DNA from: Dudresnaya verticillata
Taxonomy: Eukaryota
DNA: 64,000 nt
Assembly: GCA_977862235.1 (NCBI GenBank)
Contig: OZ374559.1
Coordinates: 1,674,001-1,738,000 of the forward strand
Direction of reading: 5' to 3'
Shown: positions 49,119 to 62,081 of the stretch, piece by piece
Layout of the letters: every line of letters starts with the position of its first letter
Position numbering within the stretch: position 1 is the stretch's first letter
Made by a program: the position numbers and the translations under genes
The notes under the pieces: generated by a model
What the model was told of the DNA's origin: nothing
The model's database searches: none
The model's input: the letters and a program-made list of their open reading frames with translations, nothing else

Positions 49119-51578
49119 GTATCCCTTCTTATACTTCACGACGAAGTCGAATTCAGAGAGGCGAAGGCGCCATCTCATTAACCGTCCCGAGGGGTCGCTG
49201 ATTTCCATGAGCCACCTCAACGACGAATGGTCCGTATGGACTACGAAGGACTCCATCTGAAGATAGGTCTCAACGTCGCGATCGACCAGACTACTGCTCG
49301 GCATTCCTTTTCGGATACCGAGCACTTGCGCTCCGGAGCGGTTAACGAGCGTGACCAGAAGCCGAGCGGCTTCCGTTCACCGTCAGGCTGCGTTTGAAAG
49401 AGTGCGCAGCCAACTTGGTATTCACTCGCGTCACAATCAACGGAGTACGGTAGTCCTTGCTGTGGCAACGCCAGGATGGGCGGGTGAGTCACCGCTTCGA
49501 CAAGCGTGCTGAATCCCGGGGTTTGCCCCTCGGTCAACGGTTGTAACCGGAAGTCTTGCTCTTTCCTCAACAATTTGTTGAGGGGAGCGGCGACATGCGC
49601 GTATCGCGATACAAACCGTCTATAGACGTTGCACAATCCGAGAGAGCTCCGTAATTCCTTCTGGTCCCGCGGATGCTTGGCTTCGTGTAACGCGGCTGTG
49701 ACCGTACGGTCTACTTCCAATCGACCCGGACGTATCACATGGCCTAGGTAGTTGACGGTCGGTGTGAAGAAGTCGCACTTGGTTAACTTCAATGTCACCC
49801 CGGCCCGATGCAAGGTCGAAAGGATCTCGTCGACATGACGGAAGTGACTATCGATATAGTTCGAGAAGATGATCACATCGTCAAGGTAGACGAGGCATGA
49901 GCGCCACTTGTAACGAGCAAGCAGGATATCGAGGGTCCGTTTAAACGTGGCCGGTGCGTTAGTAAGTCCGAAGGGCATACGCTTGTAGCGGAACAACCCG
50001 GCATGGCACGTAAACGCCGTCTTGTCCCGATCTCGCGGGTTGATGGGCACCTGCCAATAACCACTATTGCAGTCTAGGGTAGTGAAGACGTTCGCTTCCC
50101 CTCGACTGTCAATACGTTCGTCGATTCGCGGGAGAGGGTACGTATCTTGTACCGTTACCGCGTTCAAGCGACGGTAGTCAACGTAGAAGCGGAGTGTACC
50201 ATCCTTCTTGGGAGCAAAGACGACCGGCGACGCCCATGGCGATTGTGTGGGTTCGATAACCCCCTGACGCAACATGCGATCCACCTCCGCTTGAGCGAGT
50301 TGCCTTTGCTTTGGGCCAGCACGGTAAGGCGGGGATGAAATTGGCCTGGAGCCGGGGAGCAAGTCAATATAGTGCTCCGTGGTTGCGATTTCTCCTAATG
50401 AACCGTTCCACATCGACGAGTACATGCGCAGCATCTCCTTCAGCCACCCTTGATGTTCTTCTGAATGACTCAGGTCCAACTCGTCCACTGACGGAGGTTC
50501 AGCTACAGTTGCTTCGATCGACTTAGCGAATGTATCCGGCTGCGCCGTTACTCCATCATTTGTTTGAAAACGGAAGTCTTGATTTGCCTCTTCCTCCGCT
50601 GTCTGCTCCTCGGTGATACCTAGGACATCGGCCAGACTTATATGAATGGGGAACACTGCTGTGGGATATGGCAACGCGGTAGCGACGACTTGTCCTTTGA
50701 CGAGCGCTTGCGGACGCGGGGAAACGTTTGCGACGAGAATCCGTAACACTCTCAGGGGCTCTACTTGAGCGACCACGTTAGTAACGGTCAAAGCTTGCCG
50801 ATCATATAGCGTTCCAAACGGTTGGATGGTAATGACCCCTGTTCGCTCGGTCGTTACCGAGGTCCACTTTTGCCCCTGTGGCGGGATGATCGTTCGTTCC
50901 GCAACGCGTATCTTGGGCGACGTGCGCCCTTTGGCCGGACCGTACTCTTGTTCCGTTGGCAACGGGGGTACGACGGGGGCCGGCGCAGCGGGCGGCGCGT
51001 TATAGGGACACGTGTCCCATCGTCCAACTCAATCTCGCGACTCCGCGGATAAATCGCTTCGACAAAGCGGTCGCAAAAATCGCAACCGAGTATAACCGGC
51101 GCAGCGAGCCGTTCACAGACGATCAACTACAACTTTACAACCCTTCGTCCGAGACGTACAACTAAGTCGATAGTGCCCCGGGTCTGAATCGTCTTGTTGT
51201 TAGCGTCTGATATGACGGGGAGACTCTTGGATACGATCCGTGATCGTGCTTCTAGCGGAATGTCGTCAATGCGAATGAAAGTCGGACCAGCCCCCGTGTC
51301 GAGGACAGTACGTTTACGTGCCAAGGTACCTACAGTTACGCAGAGATCGGCGTATACTTTGTAGTTCCTTTTTTCCATTACGAACAACTGTCCCCGGGCC
51401 TGTGGGGCTGGTACGTACGCCAGGGGCGCTTCAAGGACGTCTGTGACGAGTCTACCCGCCTATCGGCGTATTTGTTAACTAGGTTCGGGTCCTCCTTCCC
51501 TGTCAGCACCCGAGGTGGAAGCCTCTCTGCTTGGTGCGACACCCCAGTGTCAGGAGTTGGTACACTCATTAGTTTTTC
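49119..51578 (-). pseudogene. pol: pol of element C, 5' part: protease, RT, RNase H
   Basis: VLDTGAG, WASPVVF, VDYRRLN, YLDDVIIFS, CDASEYQVG. Confidence 0.95.
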
Positions 51579-54103
51579 GCCTGCGGCGGTTTTAGCGGCG
51601 CTGTGTAGCGATTTATCACCGTCGGATGACGTTCTGCTGCATGCGGCATAGGTCCGCCCCTTGGCGACGGTGGTCGTGCTGCACGGCGTGCTGCTTCACG
51701 CGCGGCGCGTTCTTTGTACCGAGTGTACGCATCAGCGGGGACCCCAGCCTTGTCGGCGTCTGTTAAGCCTTCGTAGTTGGCGATCGCTTTCATATACTCG
51801 CTCATGCGGAGGAAGCAGTCCGGTGCGATGTGGCCACGGGCATAACACTGATGACAGATGAACTGTCTGCGAGCGTCTTGACGGAACGGACCCCTGTCTT
51901 GCCAACCTGGCCTCGCCCGATGGACATGGGGGGCATACTCCGAGTTCGGAACGCGTGGCGCGGGCACAACGGAACGCCCAAAGGCGAGTGTAGGGTCCAT
52001 TGCCCCTTTGTCCTCGTCTTCGACGTAGCTGTCCGTTGGTAACGCTGAAGTTGGCACTGACGCTTGTTCGTCGGACAAGTAGAGATCGACATCGGCGTGT
52101 GTTTCCATCTCGTCCGCATGACGGGTGACATCACGGAACTCAACGGAAGACTCCGCTATCATAGCGCGTGCGGCAGGCTTCGTGCCCCTTGTCTGTTGAC
52201 GTAGAACCGCTCGGTTGCCGCCAATGGCGGGGCGCAATGCGCGAGCGGCTTGGGCCGGGGCCATTATATCCCGTCTCACTGATGTCGAGCCGGCCCTGCC
52301 GTGTCTTGCGCGTTGCGCGTCGCCTTCGTCCTGCGCGAAGTGGACTAAACGTTCAAAAGATGACTCCGCCCTCGGCGTTTCTTCGCGGAAGCGGGCCACC
52401 AAGGACCTGATCGTCGGGTCTAACCCATCGATGTACAGTGTCATCTTTTCCCATTCAGGATAAACGTTACCGCAACGAATACATGCGCCGGCGAGTCTCA
52501 TGCCGTAAGTCGTTTCGTCTTCGCCCTCCTTCTGACTAGTCGAACACAGGGCGAGGACGGCGTCTCGAATCGCCGAAGGCGTGGCGTACGTGCAGAGGAG
52601 GTAGTGCACCGCCTCTGGGTACGATGATACGCCGCCGCGGTGGCGTGAGGACGTCGATTTGACGGAGCGGAATTGCGTGGCTGCCGCACCTCGTAAGAAG
52701 TACGGCAGCGCGACGAACGCTTGTGCCTCGCTCATCTCTAGCGTGTCCGCTTCGTCCGCGAACCGCGTTAAAAACTCCAGGACCATGACGGGGTCGCTGC
52801 CGTTGAAGGCGGCGTCCTTCATTGCTAACTCGAGTCGCTTGATATGGTCTTTGACCTTCCCGGTTTCGTGTCCAGAGCGTTTCTGTCCCACGTCTCGAAG
52901 ACGGCATGTGCGGTACGATAGCAACTGATCGAAGAGCGGATTGGAGGGGCTCAGCTCCTTCAGTCCCTTGTATCGCTTTCCGCGGGGTCGCATGGCACTG
53001 CTATGAGCCATGCGGTCGTCGTCGTCAGACGAAGAGCCTGTTGACCTGTTGTCACTAGACGTGTCCGAAGAGGATGGTGATGAGTCCCCCCGTCGGTGAC
53101 GGTTCTTCTTCCGTCCACGACGCGACTTACGGCGATCCTTGCGTCGGCGACGGTCTTGCTCGGAACTATCGTCATCAGACGGCGGCCCTTGGCGCCACTT
53201 GGCGGTTTCCAGTCGCTCTAAGCGGCTCGCTAATCGCTGAAAGCGTTCGCGTGAACTCAGTTCCGACTGGGAATGGACCGTCAGTGCTGTCGGCTGCTGG
53301 GCCTTGGCGCCGTGGTTGGGGTCCGTCATGAGACGGTCGAGGTCGGAACGGAGTCCTTGAAGGGCACCGTTCTGATCTTCTTCCAACGTCTGCAGACTGC
53401 TGAAAATACCTCCGACCTTCTCGTCGAGCATCTCCGCGAATCGAGCGAGTAAGTTACCGTCTTCAGCGACTCATACTTCCCGAATCCGCTCGCGAGGTAT
53501 CGTGAGATTACCAACGCGGGCGGATGCTGGGGAAGCCAATGGCGGTGTGAGCGCGGGAGTCGACGCCTGAGGCGGATCTCCCGTGCTGCGCTGTTGCGCT
53601 AACGGCCTGGCCGGTGAACATCCGGCACTACCGTGGGGTGAGGGGCACCAGCCCCTAGGGATTGGTGATTCGTCTATGACGTCGCGCCCTGCAGGGCGTT
53701 CTTGGTCGTCGTCGACGGGTAAGGTTGGTTGGTGGACCGGAACTTCCGGTTGTTCCTCGACGATGTCGGCTTGGGCTCCGTCCTCGACGGGTCGCTGTTC
53801 GGCTTGTACCGTGTCAGCGGAAACCACATGCGAGTGGTAGGTTCGGAGGGCCGATTAGTTGGGAACGGTGGTACGGATGACGACGGGTATCGGCGGGGGA
53901 GGTACTTCTCCCCTGTTGAGCGATATATGGGAGTGATCGTCTCCAGGACCGGTCGGAAAGGCCGATGCGATCTCGGGGCTCACGAGGCGCCCAGACCTCG
54001 TTGTCATCCGCTGTAGCGACCGTTCCGACGCGGGGACACTCCCCGTCGTCGATGACGGTCTTCTTGAACTGGGGCCTCGAGACGGCAGCGGCCGTGAGGC
54101 CAT
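51569..54103 (-). pseudogene. gag: gag of element C
   Basis: 620-aa ORF with FNGSDPVMVLEFL and CHQCYARGHIAPDC knuckle; upstream pieces share VSPEI..AF with gag of B. Confidence 0.88.
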
Positions 54104-54187
54104 AATGCAGTCGTAGAGTTGCTTGAACGTCGTGGACGATTAGCGACGGACGTCGCACGACGGAGTAACTCGTTGAAACGTAGCACA

Positions 54188-54206
54188 CTTCTAGGTCGGG
54201 AGACCA
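54188..54206 (-). promoter_or_regulatory. Primer-binding site of element C (probably tRNA-Tyr)
   Basis: TGGTCTCCCGACCTAGAAG 2 nt inside the 5' LTR. Confidence 0.85.
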
Positions 54207-54208
54207 GT

Positions 54209-55122
54209 TGTAGTGTAAATGTCCTTGACGGAACACCGCCGAGCAGTTCGGGGCTCGGGGGGTAGCGCCGCCCGTGGCGGTGGGTAGCCTCGCCTTGGGC
54301 GACTTGTGGTAGAGCAGTTGACACGCCTTGGGCGGACTGTAAACGCCCGAGGCGGAAAGGAAGAACAAAAGAGAACAAAAGGGAACACGTCAAAGACGGG
54401 TAGAGACGTGGAAGCACGGGAGGTAGACGCTTAGTCGTAGGCAGCGGTAGGGTACGCGCGTGCGGAACGGGGAAGTCTGGACCAAGGCCGGCTTGCCGGG
54501 AGTTTACCTCAACGTCTGGGACGGATCAACTAAGTATAGAACTAACTAGCGGCGGCGACGCGTGTGTAGGCGCCGCGCGGGAACTCGGGACACGTGTTGT
54601 CCCGAGGCGCGTCTGACAGATCCGTCCGTCATGCAGCCGCGCTCCTGACAGATCACACGTAGCTTCCCCGCTCGAGTCCTTACACCTACACGTGGATGTA
54701 CTTCCTTACAGCCGCACGCGCCCCATGGTGCGTGCGATCTCGATCCGCACTATCCCGATCCAGTCCAGATTCGGGGCAGCCATGCGGATGTGCCAGGCCT
54801 ACAGGCGCGTGCCTTACACATCTTAATCCCGATATCTGATCCCGATGTGGGATCCCGATTGGATCCGGATCCGGGCCACGCTTACAGCGAACGTTCCCGC
54901 CACTGTGCCATGCGCGTACGCGTGGCGCCGTACAGTGTCCCGGGTTCAGGCGTGCGGTCTGCACGCCAAGCGAGCCGTTCTGGCCCGAGTGGCCAGCGGC
55001 ATGCGTCGGTGACGTGTTTGCGTCGCGGGCGGGTTGAGCGCGCCGTTGGCGGTCGTCCGTCGGTAGACGCGGCATATCAACCCGCTTGAAAGCGAAAACG
55101 GGGGACCCCCCCTGGCACTACA
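54209..55122 (-). repeat. 5' LTR of element C
   Basis: TGTAGTGTAA...GGCACTACA; roughly 94-95% similar by eye to 28215-29126. Confidence 0.95.
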
Positions 55123-56090
55123 ATTTCCGGGCTTTGACGGATGCGGCCGTCAAAGTAAATGTTGATAACCTTCCGGTCGTTTGCCCAGTGACCTCTTTGA
55201 ACAATAACGAGAAGCGGTACTCGGGTGAGAATTAGTCCAGTGACACCACCACTGCGAGGACTATGTGAAGCGTAGAAATAAAACGGTGGGGGTATAACTT
55301 GAAGTACCACTAGAATACGCTGTAGGGCATTGGTGACATGCTGTGAGTCCGGAACATCTCCCTGATGTGACCAGTATAATTCATGAGGTGCAGCCGTATT
55401 CCGATGGGTGTAGTACCGCAATTGCAATGCTAGTGGGTTGGCAGCACCGGTACTATTACAAAATATGGAAGATGATGGTTGTCCGCGGGTAAGACGTCCC
55501 TTGCGCGAGCGAGGGCGTGCGGAAAGTTGAACACGAGTTGATGCGAGTGAGGAACCGACAGTTTGAACCGTTGTGTCTTGTGCTCCGAATCGTCCGGCCT
55601 GAAGATTCACGCTATGAAAGAAGGTATTGGAACTCAATAAGGGAGGCGTCACGCGCACTTGAACTGTCGATTGGTTTTACTAAACCGCAGTTGCGGATTT
55701 TCCAAATAACAGATGCTGGAATACCCGCACGGACGTCTTGAAGGGTACCACGAGCATCATCCTGCCTTCTAAAGGCTCAAAGTAGGTCGCGCTGGCTTTG
55801 TCCTATGCCGGAGTCTGTATATCCGGCTCGAGTATGCATTGTACGAATGGAGGACATGTATTGGTCCAAGGAGCTAGAATGGACCCTGTGTTCTTCGAAA
55901 AGGAACCCAAGATAGGCTAAGACTGTACCTACATCGGCCGGTAGAGCTGTGTGACCTTCTGAAGGGCAAAATGTTTAGAACTTACGCCATTGGCTGGACT
56001 TAGAGCTATCCGTTGCGGTATTCAGGGCGTTTGAGGCGAGTCGAAGACTTTCTATAGCGGCAGAAGTGTCGGGGAGGCGAGAAGCGATGG
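55123..56090 (-). pseudogene. Tyrosine recombinase of the DIRS-like element
   Basis: SQWRKF, VLAYLGFL...QYMSSIRTMH (core binding), ASHSPRSGG, RGHW, NIYFD; cut at the C-terminus by the LTR of C. Confidence 0.87.
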
Positions 56091-56199
56091 CAAGGCTGAC
56101 CGCGTTTTGGGCCGATTGCCTACTTCGGCTAGTTGGAGGGCCCAAGAGGGGTTGGCGGACGTGGAGCTGAAGAGCAACGTGGTCCCTGGTTCTATGACG

Positions 56200-59130
56200 C
56201 GGGACGACAACGAGATTCGCTGCAATAGCTTGTCCCGACTCGCTCCGGTCCAGTGTGGGACTAGAATGACGCCGTGCGCGTGCTCGGAATCGGTCTTGAG
56301 CAACGTGAGAGCTAGCCATTCTGGAGGAGGGCTCTAAAGGCGGCTCATGAAGTCTCCCCAATGTTCCTGGAACTGGGCTTTCATAGTTTTCGCCCGGGCG
56401 GTGGGTGAATATTTGAGAGGCCAGTATCGTCGAACTATCTGCAACTGGAGTGATTTGGCTAATGAGTCGATCAGTGAAGGTGTTGCGGCCAGGTCGCCCG
56501 TCTGCCAGGTCCGACTGAGTCGGTCTGTATGTCGGTTCAGAGCTGATGGAAGCCATGATGCCTTCAGGCTGATCTTCATTTCTTGGAGCAGGCAGTGGAG
56601 ACGGCGAAGCTCGCATATTAGACACTGGATTGGACGACACCATGTTGTTGACTATATGAAACACAGCCATATTGTCCACGTGGAGTACTCCTACGTAGGA
56701 CTGTATCCTTCTTGCCGCATAGTTTGGCTTGAATAAGATCAGTTTCCAGAGTCTTCCTTACGGCCGTCAACTCTCGTACTGTGATGGACTGTAGGCGTAG
56801 AAAAGGGGACCAAACAGCTTGTACCTCCACCTCTCCTGCGGCCCCGGGAGCCATGTTTGAACCCAAAGTGCCTCCGTAGCCTACATCTGCTGCATCGGTG
56901 TGTAGATTCCAGGATTTCATCCCTCCACAAATTAGTCGCCCATCCCCGCTAGCATAGTGCTCCAAACTTGCAGATCTCGTCTTCCCGCGTTGGAAAGACG
57001 GATACTCTGTTCCGGACAACGTCCACGACGGACCTGGTCGGATTTTAAATCGTCGTATAGCGCACGAGTGAAGAAACGGGCAAGGGGAAGCGGAACCAAT
57101 TGAGAAATAGCCGTACCGGTGAAGGTTCGCAGTAGACTTTCCCTCACCCAGCGTCTGGAACATGCCGCATTCCTCAGCAGATCCCGGGCCGTCCCTTGCA
57201 GTTTGGAAAGCTTCTCGTCTGTAATGAAGTACCGAAACTCTACAGTGTCTATGACAAGTCCGAGGTGTTCCAGTCGTGTAGTACCGTGGCCCCAAATGCC
57301 TTTTTGGGGATGCCGAAGAAGTCCCAACTTGGGGAATAGCACATCCAATACGGCACATAGCTGCACATAATCTTGAGCTGTGCTTGGGACCTTTCCGGGT
57401 CCTAGTACTAGCAAGTAATCGTCTATCCATTGTAGGACTCGACAATGAAGTGCAGAACTCATGTATCGAGTGAGGGGACGCAAAATGTGACAGAACCAGT
57501 ATGGTGACCTTGTCCAGCCAAAGGGAAGCGCTATACTGCGGTAGAATTTGCCATTGTACCGGAACAGGAACCAATTCCACATATGGGGGTGCAGTCGCAT
57601 ATGTCTGTAGCCCTCTTTCCAATCGAAGGACAACATTCGGTCTCCTTTGGTCAAGCAAGCCCCAAATGAACTGAGGGTATCCATTAATGCCGACCGCTTG
57701 TCCCAATGAGTAGATCGTCTTTTGAGATTTATGATAAATCTTCCTTTGCCCTTTGACCAGTCCACGAATGCTGATGATACGTAACAACCTTTCTGTACTT
57801 GCGCCATAGCGTAGGAATGGCTTACTATGGTGCAAATTATCCCACGCCACTGGCGCTCTGTACCGTCCTAGACGGATACCTCCCGTCTTTGACGTTTTTA
57901 TCGCCTTTGGTGACTGGGATCGAGCTCCAGGCGCGAACCGGCTCGTGATCCCTGTTTCCGCCGATGGCGCTAGTCATTCGACTTTGTCGGGCAACTTGGT
58001 CAAGAACCAGACCTCCCGCTCACAGCGGATAGTGACGGCAATGTCGGGTTGAGAGAACGCGTGAGGTGTAGATACTGGGTCACGCTGCCGCGCCCCGTGG
58101 CATACTTGCACACGTGGCACGTGTCACAGGGCAGCGGAGGACAATGGGACCAAGAGTCCGTAAGCGCGGTGCGTGAACACGTGTAGGTGTAAGCATTAGC
58201 GCGGCGCGCGCGGTGGCGTGGGCAAATGTGTCAGGCGCGCGGCTGCATTCCGAGGGCGCTTGTCAGACGCACGACGGAACGACACGTGTCCTGAGTTCCT
58301 GCGCGCCGCAGCGCCACCGCTGTCGCCCACGCAGCAGTAGTAATACTTAGGTAACCCGTCTAGGACGGCACAGTAAACCCCGGCAAGCCGGTCTGCCTTC
58401 ACACTTCGCCCCTTCGCTCGTTAGCGTCACTGCCGCTACCGACGTTGGCTACGCGTTGCGACGATCGCGCTTCCGCGTCAATATCCGTCTTTGAAGTGTA
58501 TCCCCTTTTGTTTTCCCCCCGAGAAGCTCGGTAGTTCTTCACCCCCAGCGCTCAAGAGCGGACATCACCGCTATTAGCGTGGGCTACGTGCCGGACTACC
58601 ACGCACTCATCTACTCCGTCGTGGACGTGTGTTTCCCCTTTATGGCCTTGGTAGCCGAATGCCCCTTCCCGCTATTGTGTGCGTCGGCACCGCTTCCGTT
58701 AGGCAAAGCGTCGGTACCCCCGTCCCTCCACGTTCAACACCGTCGTTGACGTGTTTCCATTTCCGTCTTGTTTAGTTTCTTTGGTTTCGACCTACCTACC
58801 ACCCAGGGCGTTTACAATCCGCCTTGTGGCGTTGTCCATGCTCTACCACCCCTACCGTCTCTGACGTGCTACCCGCCGGGTCTCGAACTGCCCGGGCGTG
58901 CTCTTCTGTCCCAGACGTTTTGGACCACACTTACCTCTTGATATGTGCCCCGCGAACAACGTTTTTGCTGCCAAATATAAGATCTTCTTCGTTTTGAGGT
59001 ACTGTACCCAGTACTTGGCCCTTCAAGAATGGGCGCTCCGGCGGATCCCAGATCCCATATGCCAGACACCGTACAATAAACATCCCCGATGGACCTCCAA
59101 GACTCTGCACAACGCTGGGTATCTGCCCAA
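56200..59130 (-). pseudogene. DIRS RT / RNase H / degenerate MT-like domain, interrupted by solo LTR
   Basis: RFIINLK, FDWKEGYRH, ALPFGWTRSP, WIDDYL, HLGLVIDT; HTDAADVGYG, ITVREL, VDNMAV, LPSALNRHTDRLSR; SPPPEWL...GVILVPHW. Confidence 0.88.
57826..58929 (+). repeat. Solo LTR (1104 bp) of a Gypsy family related to A/C
   Basis: TATGGTGCAAA...TTTGGACCACA termini, perfect CTTAC TSD (57821-57825, 58930-58934); removal restores RT GTYQEVSHSYAMAQ; shares blocks with LTR A. Confidence 0.92.
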
Positions 59131-59810
59131 CGTGACGTACGCCACGTTTGCGAACGTTGTGGTTCCTGCATGGTTATTTTTTTATCACCCGCCTCTTTTC
59201 TTGTGGATAAATCGAGTTTAGCCAGTTGCTTGGCGGGTTCCCATACATATTTAGCTGAGAGTTCCTTGTATACTGCCGAATAGGTTGCGGATTCAATCTG
59301 CTCATGGCCGGCTTCGATTTTAGTCTCGACAAGGTCAGCGAGTTGTTGAGCCATAGCGGGACGTTTCGTAATGATTGCATGGAAATGTGAAGTCCGCATT
59401 GGAAGGATTTCTTTACTTGCCAGTAATGATTCCTCAAGAAGGAAGAGAAGGCGGCCCTGCTCTTCCATGGCCTGTAGACTTTCCGCACTCTTGATAAGGT
59501 ATAATGCGGCCAGTCCCTGATCCAACCATGCGCCGGTACTATGGATATACTCCAGTTCTTTCCCATTGCGTCGATCTTTCTGGCGTGTATCACGGTACAG
59601 GTTTGTGTCGGGCTTGAAATAACTGGACTCGTGGGGTTGTATAAGCCCTGCACGTGGCCGCAGTTGTGCACGACCAGCCAGACGGCCAGCCATCATATGA
59701 TTAATAACCTTTCCGTAATCTTCAGCCTCGGCAGGCTTGATAATACTGGAGGGGAGGGCATTGTTCGATGTAACAGCGTTATCTGTCATTAGTGTAGAAA
59801 CCGTTCCCAC
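59080..59810 (-). pseudogene. gag-like ORF of the DIRS element (boundaries approximate)
   Basis: Helical ORF directly upstream of and overlapping the RT start; no diagnostic motif. Confidence 0.55.
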
Positions 59811-60319
59811 CCGGAAGTGAGCGTATACCTTTCCCTAAACGAGGGGTTGAGAAAAGGAAGAACTTGACTATCTGGGATCATAAAGGCCGAAGGCTTATGT
59901 AGCCGTAAATTGGAAGATTTTCCCGGTTCATCTTTGGAAGAACTCTCCGGTCCATCTTTGGAACAATTACCCTGTTTCGTCTCTCCTCTCTGTACGGTAA
60001 TATTTTGTTAGCGTTGCGGCGAGAGTGCGGGTGTGACACTGACTGCTGCCGCTAGAGTGCTCTGTTAGCATTGTGCCCAGAGCGTTGACACTTCAACTGA
60101 ATACTGCGGCTATCCTGGTATTGCATTAATGTTGCTGTTTTGGGACGTTCTGCAAGGTCACTATCTATTGCGTACCTTTTCAACCATGTAAAGAACCTTT
60201 GACTCTCGATGAAAAGCAGCTCTCAAACTTTATCGCGTAATGTAATATACTACTTTTAAAACTGGCCTCACAAGAGGCCAAATAGTGAGGCACGTGCGAA
60301 GAGACAAACCGTCCACTTA

Positions 60320-61672
60320 TGGACCCAGCATGGTGCCTGGCCATGCTTCCTGCTCGCTTTGGGGGTGTTGGAATAACAGCTGCAGTTGATGCTACGCATG
60401 CTGTTTATGCCGCCTCCTTGCTTCAAGTCCGTTCAGCCGTTCGCCTTCTCACCAACCCGCTCTGAGATTTCGGTTCTCCTGACATATGCCCGGTTGACCG
60501 AACCATTACTGAAGCTCTGCTTCCTCTTCAACACCTTTCTATATTACCGCTAGATGTCCAACCGGAAGCTCTAATGGTGAAGGCTGCTCATATTTAAAAG
60601 CTAGGTGAACAATAACAGCGGGTTACTGTTGATAGCAAAGTTTACAACAGTGTAAAGAAGCAACAGGTAAAGCAAGAACCTAATAAACATGAGCGGATAA
60701 CTGCTGTCCTCTCTTTGTCTCATTCCTGGGATTCAATCGTCTGTTTGAGATAGTATTGTAACTGCCCGCGCTGCTGTACTCCGTTCTCCACCGCTCTCCT
60801 CGCACTCTTCTACAGTGCAAAAAGCGTGCATTATTCGTCTTCTATCCTGCAGCACGTCTGCAGCCAGCGCGCCCTTTACTGCCCTCCCGAATACCTATCG
60901 CGGTACTCGCCTCATCCCGGAGGAATGGATTACTACCTGTGATATCCGCCTAGGCAACCCGGTTTTCACCGGAACTACTCGTTGCCCCCACTGTGTACTC
61001 AGGCGTGGTGTGACGCACGCTCCTCTACTTGATCCTCTCGGCCAACATGGCATCACCTGCGCTAGGCGCGAAGGCGCTATCCGGCGTCATAACACCTTAC
61101 GCGATGTTCTGGCCAACGAATTCCCCCAGTTGGGCTTGCGCCCGATATATGTTGAGTACTCTTTTCTCGCTGAACGTCATCTGCTTCCTAGTTCTCACCG
61201 CCGTATGGACGTGGTGGTTCCTAGTTTTGCCTTTAACCCCCGCCCTCAGGCCTTTGATGTTACATTGGCCGCCCCGTTTGCTGCAAATTACTGCACTGCC
61301 GCCTCTCACTTGGGTGGAGCTGCAGCGACGCTCACTGAACGCTCCAAACGAGCACATTACCAAGATCTCCTAGACAGCGAGGGGATGGATTTCTACGCTG
61401 TAGGTATTGACTCGTATGGCGCTATTGGTGCTGAGGCTCGTCAGGCGTTACGTGCCATTGGTCGCTTTACGTCCCAACAGCGAGGGAGTAACCCTTCGGA
61501 CGAAACGCAAGCACTCACCATTCGCATTATCTCTCACCTTCTCCGTTTTCAAGAGGCTGGCAATCAATCGCCGTCGTCTTGCTCTTCAGGTAGGTCCTTG
61601 AGTAGACCGGGCAACCTAGTGCCCTTCGAACCCTACCATAAAGTTCCCCATCTCTCTCATGTGAGAATATAG
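60320..61672 (+). pseudogene. 3' fragment of RLE-type (CRE/R2-like) non-LTR retrotransposon
   Basis: LPARFGGVGI (RT thumb, ~60345), CPHC...QHGITC, IRRHNTLRD, RMDVVV...AFDVT, SKRAHY, FYAVGIDSYGAIG. Confidence 0.82.
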
Positions 61673-61751
61673 TATTGTGAGGCAACTTGCCGAGTAGGCA
61701 CTAGGCGACAGTTAACGATCTTACGCTGGTTAACAGCCAGTGCAAGCCATT

Positions 61752-62081
61752 TTAAACCAACGAAGTGAGAAGAATAAGCAGGGATGGTTTCTGAGCAGCA
61801 GGGGAGGCTCCTGCAGCAATTACAGCTGCCTTGGACTCAGCGCTGGCAGTAGAGGGAGCAACAATAGTAAGGTCATAACCAATGCATGAAACAGAAAGGG
61901 AAGGATCATCCAACACCAAGTCCAATCGTCGAAGATCGTCCTGGAAACGAAAAGTCTGCTCTCTCGTTACAGAAAGCTCGATAGACGGGTGACGGAAATG
62001 AGAAAAATGGAGATCTTGAATAGTATTGTGACGACGAGTTGACCCTTGGGCACAGGGACATTTCGAAGCATGATACCTCAA
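61752..62081 (-). pseudogene. Second RLE endonuclease fragment, opposite orientation
   Basis: HASKC...TRRHNTIQD, RRLDLVL, IGYDLTIVAP. Confidence 0.72.

Larger units (their letters stand above)
28215..55122 (-). mobile_element. Ty3/Gypsy LTR retrotransposon C (family related to A), interrupted by a 13.76-kb DNA transposon; probably chimeric
   Basis: LTRs 28215-29126 and 54209-55122, PBS, PPT, gag, pol split at 35361/49119; flanks do not form a TSD. Confidence 0.92.
55123..60200 (-). mobile_element. DIRS-like tyrosine-recombinase retrotransposon (gag, RT-RH-MT, YR), degenerate; 5' boundary approximate
   Basis: gag-like ORF, DIRS-type RT, RNase H and YR in order on the minus strand. Confidence 0.9.

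Noticed and set aside
48003..49325. 440-aa ORF (and mirror ORF 35410-36057)
   Set aside because: Read-through from Gypsy RNase H into the GC-rich TIR; low-complexity translation
56618..57850. 410-aa ORF overlapping DIRS RT
   Set aside because: Alternative frame; only its last part carries RNase H through a frameshift and its start lies in the solo LTR
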